From positions 133,300,001-133,364,000 of the forward strand of contig OZ024745.1 of NCBI GenBank assembly GCA_964016885.1: a stretch of 64,000 nt of DNA, written 5' to 3'. Under the pieces are notes generated by a model. It did no database searches and had not been told where the DNA came from. It saw only the letters and a program-made list of their open reading frames with translations. Shown piece by piece: positions 57,385-64,000 of this stretch (the first letter of the stretch is position 1; each line of letters opens with the position of its first letter). Source of the stretch: Eledone cirrhosa (taxonomy: Eukaryota). The position numbers and the translations under genes were made by a program.

Positions 57385-58400
57385 GCTCTCGCATTCGTTA
57401 GGAAAACCTCGAAACTAACTAGGAATGAAATTAATATAGTAGTGACAGCTAGGTGATCAGGAATTCATTTCGAAGATGAATACTGGGAACGTAACGATAG
57501 GATAGATGGCTTTGAGGACAAGGAAGTAGTAAGTATATACATAGCCGATATTCTCCATAGAGAATTTGGTAAGCTCTTAGGAGGAATTTATAGAGACGAC
57601 GCTCTTTTGTTAATTAAAGACATCAACATACTGAGACTTGAACATGTAAGATAATTAGATCTTTTTTCAAAAGAATAGGCCTAAAAATAACATTTGAATA
57701 TAAGTTTAAGAAAGCTAACTTCTTGGACGTGACTCTCAACCTTAACTCAGGTCTAGTCAAACTCTACCATAACAATAACGAGAACCTGTCATATATTAGC
57801 TATCAATCTAACCATCCTAAATCTATAATTGACTCCATAGCTAGTAGTGTATCACTTAGAATATCCCGCCCCGCATCCTCTCTGGAAAGTATTATAAGGA
57901 AGCATTACGAAAAGCTGAACATACAAATAAGCTATGGTACGTGGATAAACACGTGAGAGGGAACCCTACACTTGAAATATAATTATAAATACTCCCATCA
58001 TAAGCTAAATACCAACAACAATGTACAGCGAAAGGCCCAATACAGAATATGTGTATGCACAACAATACGGTATACCAATGCATAACCCACACAAACGAAC
58101 ATAAAGTAAAATATATAGGGGCCAACTCTAATGTTTTAAGAAACGTTGTTATACTCATGGATATATTTTTAAAAATAGTAAATGTAGAAACCCCACGACT
58201 TTAGCTAACAGAATATGGGAACTGGAAGAGAAAGATACCAAATACGAAATTCCCTGGTCAGTCCTTTGATTCGCTGGCCAGTACAAATAACACTCAAATA
58301 TTTGCAACATATGAATAATTGAAATGTACTATATAATTACAGGAAAACATTTAATAGATTAGAACGAGTCTTCAATTGTAGAAATAAACAGTTTAAAACT
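57385..58400 (+). mobile_element. heavily decayed Naiad-like PLE (RT + GIY-YIG)
   Basis: GGIYRDD, NFLDVTLNL, YQSNHP, VYQC, YIGANS, TTLANRIWEL, IPWSVL, CNI*..E. Confidence 0.8.
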
Positions 58401-58819
58401 TTCCCGACTAACACGCAAATCGAACTCGGCCTCATGCCCTTGAGGCATAGAGGTAGAAACTAATATCGACCCCAGTTCTGTCTGAGTTTCTCTACATGAC
58501 GCCACACATCATACAAAACACTATCCAACTGTACATTAAAATGTCAAAGTGAATTGCAATCACACACTGCGAAAGCATGATGAAAAACTGTTTGATCTTT
58601 GTCATAACGTCCTGGCACTAACGAATGGCCGTAAAACCTCCATCAACTCGACCAACCAACGACCTCGCACACAAACAGTATTAGCCACGCTTCGTGGAAA
58701 AAAATAATAGTGCTAATATTATTATTAGTACCAAAGATTGGGATAGATTTGAGAAAACTATCATTGCGCATTTTCTCTCAATACATATCAATACAACTAC
58801 AATTTATACAACTGGATTC

Positions 58820-58864
<45 letters not shown>

Positions 58865-61613
58865 GCGCCCATAATTACGTCTATTTAAATGATAATACAA
58901 TAAGTGAAAGGTATATGTAGCCCATCTGTTAGCTTGCTCACCCTAATATATATTTAACAATTTTTAACAATTGTTTAGTAATATAAACACGTGACACCCC
59001 TCCGATGTGTAGGGATTCCTGGTTCCAGATAGGATTTGATAGATTTCAGCTATTTTCAGTTATGCGGGTACCATATATTTTCTCTAATTTCATGCTGGTA
59101 AATACATATTTCATTTCTATTACCATTAATACGTATAACATATAAATGGAGAGGAATTAATATCGTTTTCCCGCAAGCATTGGAGATTTGTTAAAAGCAA
59201 CTTGATATATGACCAACGATTATTAATGCAATACTTAAATTTTAAAGAATTATTTAAATTCCCCCGCCCCTTATATATTTAAGCGCAAACAAGGATATTA
59301 TTCTAAATATATATTACCTTGTAATAAATGTATTGGTTAAAAATAAGAAAGGAAAACCAAATCATTGCTTTTAGATACAATTTAGTCTCTAAATCTAATT
59401 ATTTTTATGAATTCAATCCAAAACAATGATATAATTTACTGTAGGTTTACGTACTGAATCAATCAAATAAATTCATTATATTAAGTAGAATAGGAGAATT
59501 ATTTGCGTAGTGCTCCATACTTTGACTGGAAGCAAGAAAGTATCTTAAGATTTCTGGATAAGATAGTAAATTTGAAAGTGCTATCTTTTGAATAGCACAA
59601 CGAGGATAAAACCTCCTGACAATTCCAACTATTGTACATATAGAAGAGAATAACAATGTTATATATGTAATTCGATAACAATGTTTACAAGAAAGTGCAT
59701 ATAATAAGCGTTATTTTCGATATACCTTTCACTGTTTGACATACACAATCACAAATACAATGGTGTTTCTGAAGATCTGGTGGGAACTTTAAACCAAGGA
59801 GTGTTTATTTGTCTTCTTTTAGATGCTGCCTATGGTGCATATTTGTAACAGATGCGAGATTTCTACTTCAATGTGATTTTTGTAGGTTATTGGGGCATAA
59901 AATTCTAACTCTGACGAGGAAGGTCATGCTTTATAATGCTGATTCTGCCATTTTTCAGGAAATATTCTTATTTACAGAAACTGCAAGGGTTCTATTTAGC
60001 TACTTTAAAAAATTAATACTTTTGTTGAGGGCAGCATTTTGGAGAATTCAAATGTTTATGATTTGGATGAACGTAGGTGGAGGCGGGCCAGTTAATGGAG
60101 GTATGTGTTCATTTGTTTCTTTATGTTGATAGGGAGTGGTAATTGAGGACGATAGAGGTTGAAAGAATTACAGATATAAAAAAATTTAATTGAAGTATAT
60201 TTTGCATTGTGATCAAATAGTGAGTACTAAATATACAATAAATGGCCAGAATTCCTGTATTATATTTCAAGTAAGTTGGACAAAGGTAGAGTATATAGGC
60301 GGAAATTATGTACACAGAAGAAATAGTTTGGGTAACGCCTTTTCGGCTTGTATCCGTGCTGTCCAAAGGTCGCGTTGACTATGTATGTACGCTTGTAACA
60401 TGTACCCCACTACAACCTGTCTCACAGTTTTATCGCCGGCGACTAAACCTGCAATCTCACCAAGCTTGCTTGGTGAGGAGGGTAATATTTGGACACCCTG
60501 CAGGATGAAATACAAGACTTGGCAAAGGGCAGAAGAAATCAGCAGAATCAACGACCATCCAAATAGTACTTTTTTCCATCTGGGAGTGAAAGGCCCCCAG
60601 TTGTTGTCACAATACCTTTCTAAGAGCGGGGAAACTCTGAAAATAAAACTTGCGGCTTCGGAAACATCCGATGATGTTGACCAGTTATCATTTTCGGGTA
60701 GTGTTTTCGATGCTCAGAGAGTGGGATTAGTCGAGTGCAAGGCCTCTCACCACTTAAAATAAACCTCCAAGGCACAGGCATTGCTTGTTCAGAATATGTT
60801 ACAGGTATGTGTGGCTGGCCGTAGCCTAAAAGTGCACTATTTTCTGTAATCTGACAAGCAATTGCAATACCCTTATCAGAGTTTGCAGCCACCATGTATG
60901 TACATACGTATGTACGTACTTACATGCCGTTCAGATTATGGTATCTGTATACTAAATTTCAATGTAAATCTAATTATTCTGTGAGAATGTCACCCAATGT
61001 AACTCTCAGTGTCATTGAGCCTGGCACCGGGTAGTTTCAGATAAACGTTTAAACACAGTTATACATACAATTTTACAATATAATCAGAGATTTCATCATT
61101 AATCAATATATACATATTTATTTATATTTGACACAATGTGAAAGAAGACTCATATTACTATAGCAATCACATGCCCATATTACATATTTATTTGAGACAA
61201 ACCTTCTATATACTTTAGAACTAAAGAATAGAGATAGTAGCGATGTCCATCCAAGTCATTCTAAAAGTAATAATGAATTCTCAGTCAAAAGTAAGAATCA
61301 TTTTTCTCTCTTTCTCTGTTTTGATCCAACTATTATGTTTAGATATGACCTCAAGGGCATCCATACCCAGAGCTCTCATAGGAAAGAAATAGAAAAGTAT
61401 TCTGGCTGATTAGAATGAATAATTATTATTAATGGAAAAGGAAAACAAACCCTGAATTAAATTGGTTATAAATTACATTTCGAAAATTAAAGTAGCACCA
61501 TTATTTTCGGTTTGATTAAGAGAATGGAGACAGCATTTATTGTGAGACTAAAAAAGGGGTCATAAAAATGTACATTATCCTCAACGAAATATACCGCTGT
61601 GTAGTCTTACTAT

Positions 61614-61674
<61 letters not shown>

Positions 61675-61808
61675 CGTGTATATATAAATATATATACATA
61701 TGTGTGTGTGCATGTATATATATATATATATGTATATATATTTATATATATATATATATATGTGTGTATATATAAATATATATATACATATGTATGTGAG
61801 TGTGTATG

Positions 61809-61845
<37 letters not shown>

Positions 61846-62294
61846 TTGTGTGAGAGTATATAAGCATATATATATATACATATCTGTGTATGTGTGTGCA
61901 TGAGTTCGCGGTGTGCGTGTGCGTGTGTGTGTCTGTGTATATATATATATATATAAGTGTTGCATTTGTTTCACTTCCTAGTAAATCATAATGGAATATA
62001 TTTCAATTTGTTTTCTACTTTCCCATTATTTCAACATGCTAGAATGTGTTGAGTAATCAAAAACAATAACAGCCTGCTTTCAATATTTCAATGGCTGCCA
62101 CACAACTGGCTGAATGGCCAATAACAGTAAAACATATATTCTATGCATTAAGCTTTCATCAGAAGAAAAAAAATATTTCTATATATATCACTATGCATTG
62201 TGTTAATACAGAAGCATAAACGTACGGAATTTAGATATAATCAATAATTAAGAATTAATTTTAGGGACGTACGAGTGTTGAAAATAATATACGC

Positions 62295-62332
<38 letters not shown>

Positions 62333-62335
<3 letters not shown>

Positions 62336-62767
62336 AGAATATGTGTAATAAGGCCAAGACAATGCAGATATGGACATAGAAAAAGAATGCAATAGTGAGA
62401 GATATTGATGAGAATTCGTCTTTCACCTTGAATTTATTTAAATGTCCTTAATTTTCGAGATAATATCTCTTCTTCGGAGGGAAGTAAAAGTCTCAGACCA
62501 GCGTCTTAAATTTCCAATGAAGCCATGCATGGCTTCATTGGAAATTTAAGACGCTGGTCTGAGACTTTTACTTCCCTCCGAAGAAGAGATATTATCTCGA
62601 AAATTAAGGACATTTAAATAAATTCAAGGTGAAAGACGAATTCTCATCAATATCTCTCACTATTGCATTCTTTTTCTATGTCCATATCTGCATTGTCTTG
62701 GCCTTATTACACATATTCTAACGTTTATACCTCATTACACAATGCTTCAAGTGAACTATAACCTCCT

Positions 62768-62770
<3 letters not shown>
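62333..62770 (+). mobile_element. spacer-less 390-bp palindrome + 48-nt tail (family F)
   Basis: 62333-62527 is the reverse complement of 62528-62722 with no mismatch seen; tail 62723-62770; (TA)n flanks. Confidence 0.92.
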
Positions 62771-62863
<93 letters not shown>

Positions 62864-62864
<1 letters not shown>

Positions 62865-63061
62865 ACGAAGGAAATGTGGTAAGGAACCAGATGGACCATA
62901 ACGCACCAAAGTACTCAATACTTAGGGTAGTAGAGTGGGTAATAGGAACGAGTAGGACCCCGACGGCTGAGCTCAACGCGTTTCGACGGCTAATTCTGGA
63001 CAGTCCAGAATTAACCGTCGAAACGGCTTGAGCTCATCCGTCGGGGTCCTACTCGTTCCTA
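62864..63061 (-). mobile_element. hairpin + tail element, family A
   Basis: Centre ctggacagtccag; same tail. Confidence 0.9.
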
Positions 63062-63070
63062 TATATATAT

Positions 63071-63800
63071 AATGTTTCTGGGTATTACATTAGTGTCTGC
63101 AGTTCTGTTTACATGCCAACACAAGAGCAAGAATGGGGAGCTCATTCTTGCTGACATGGCTTTAAAAATGAGGCTTGTTTGTATAATTGCAAAGGAATCG
63201 AATATTCTTATTAATATTCGAAAAACTCAGATTACATTTATCGTATTCAGCCATGTAGAGCGAAAAAATCTTTTTCTTTTTCTTTTTCTTTTTCTTTTTC
63301 TTTTTCTTTTTCTTTTTCTTTTTCTTTTTCTTTTTCTTTTTCTTTTTCTTTTTCTTTTTCTTTTTCTTTTTCTTTTTCTTTATTTGAATTTGGCAAAGCG
63401 GGCCATTTATCGCTCGTATAAAGGAAGCTGACTGGCCAGTCTGCTGATAAGCAAATTTGGCTGATCAGTGGGTCTGCTAATATGCAGATCTGACTGTTCA
63501 GCCAGTCTGCTAATATGCAAATCAGGCCAATCAGTCACTGTATATTTTAGAAAATAGCATATATTTTCACTAGCTCTGACAGTTGGCAGGTGAACAGTGA
63601 ACTGTACTGATAAAGGATAATACCCAGAAACATTAGTGTCTGCAGTTCTGTTTACATGCCACACAAGAGCAAGAATGAGGGGCTCATTCTACTGACATGG
63701 CTTTAAAATGAGGATTGTTTGCATAATTGCAAACGAATCGAATATTATTATGAATATTCAAAAGACTCAGATTACATTTATTGTATGTAGATCGAATATT
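63071..63800 (+). mobile_element. direct pseudo-LTR-like duplication (family H) with (CTTTTT)n
   Basis: 63087-63245 is similar to 63630-63785; (CTTTTT)n at 63270-63380. Confidence 0.7.
63585..63660 (+). ncRNA. type I hammerhead-like motif (CUGAUAA core, long helix I, GUC site)
   Basis: ggcaggtgaacagtgaactgta-CTGATAA-aggataataccca-GAAA-cattagtg-TC-tgcagttctgtttacatgcc; helix II is weak. Confidence 0.65.
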
Positions 63801-64000
63801 TTTTTATTTTTTTAATCATATATATGGAAATTGGCAGAATTGTCTTGCTGCATTTTGGTCCATTTTGGCTAACTCAAATGTAATTTTTACTGTCAAATAT
63901 TTAACAGACCAGTACAGAAGTTGATTTAATTTTCCTTCAAATATAAAATCGGGTACGAAATCTTAATAGAATTACTACTCGCAAACTTATAGGACGATTT

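Overview
AT-rich animal genomic DNA with no recognisable host-gene exon. The repeat content (long (TA)n tracts, tRNA-derived SINEs, RTE/CR1/Dong LINEs) suggests a cephalopod such as Octopus; this is an inference. Contents: a near-intact 5'-truncated Penelope-like retroelement (PLE; RT + GIY-YIG, Neptune-like) at 1.6-5.8 kb, two decayed Naiad-like PLEs, fragments of RTE, CR1, Dong/R4 and CRE non-LTR elements, a mariner, SINEs and minisatellites. The most striking signal is that many (TA)n tracts hold short non-coding units from several unrelated sequence families, all built as an inverted arm, the same arm in sense, then a unique 50-150 nt tail. Many carry complete, variant or half minimal hammerhead ribozyme (HHR) motifs (GAAA, palindromic helix III, UH). 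One unit is a direct miniature of the coding PLE, which ties the set to PLE retrotransposition into (TA)n. In two families the fold-back centre falls where ribozyme helix II should be. All alignments and folds were done by eye and coordinates are approximate to a few bases.
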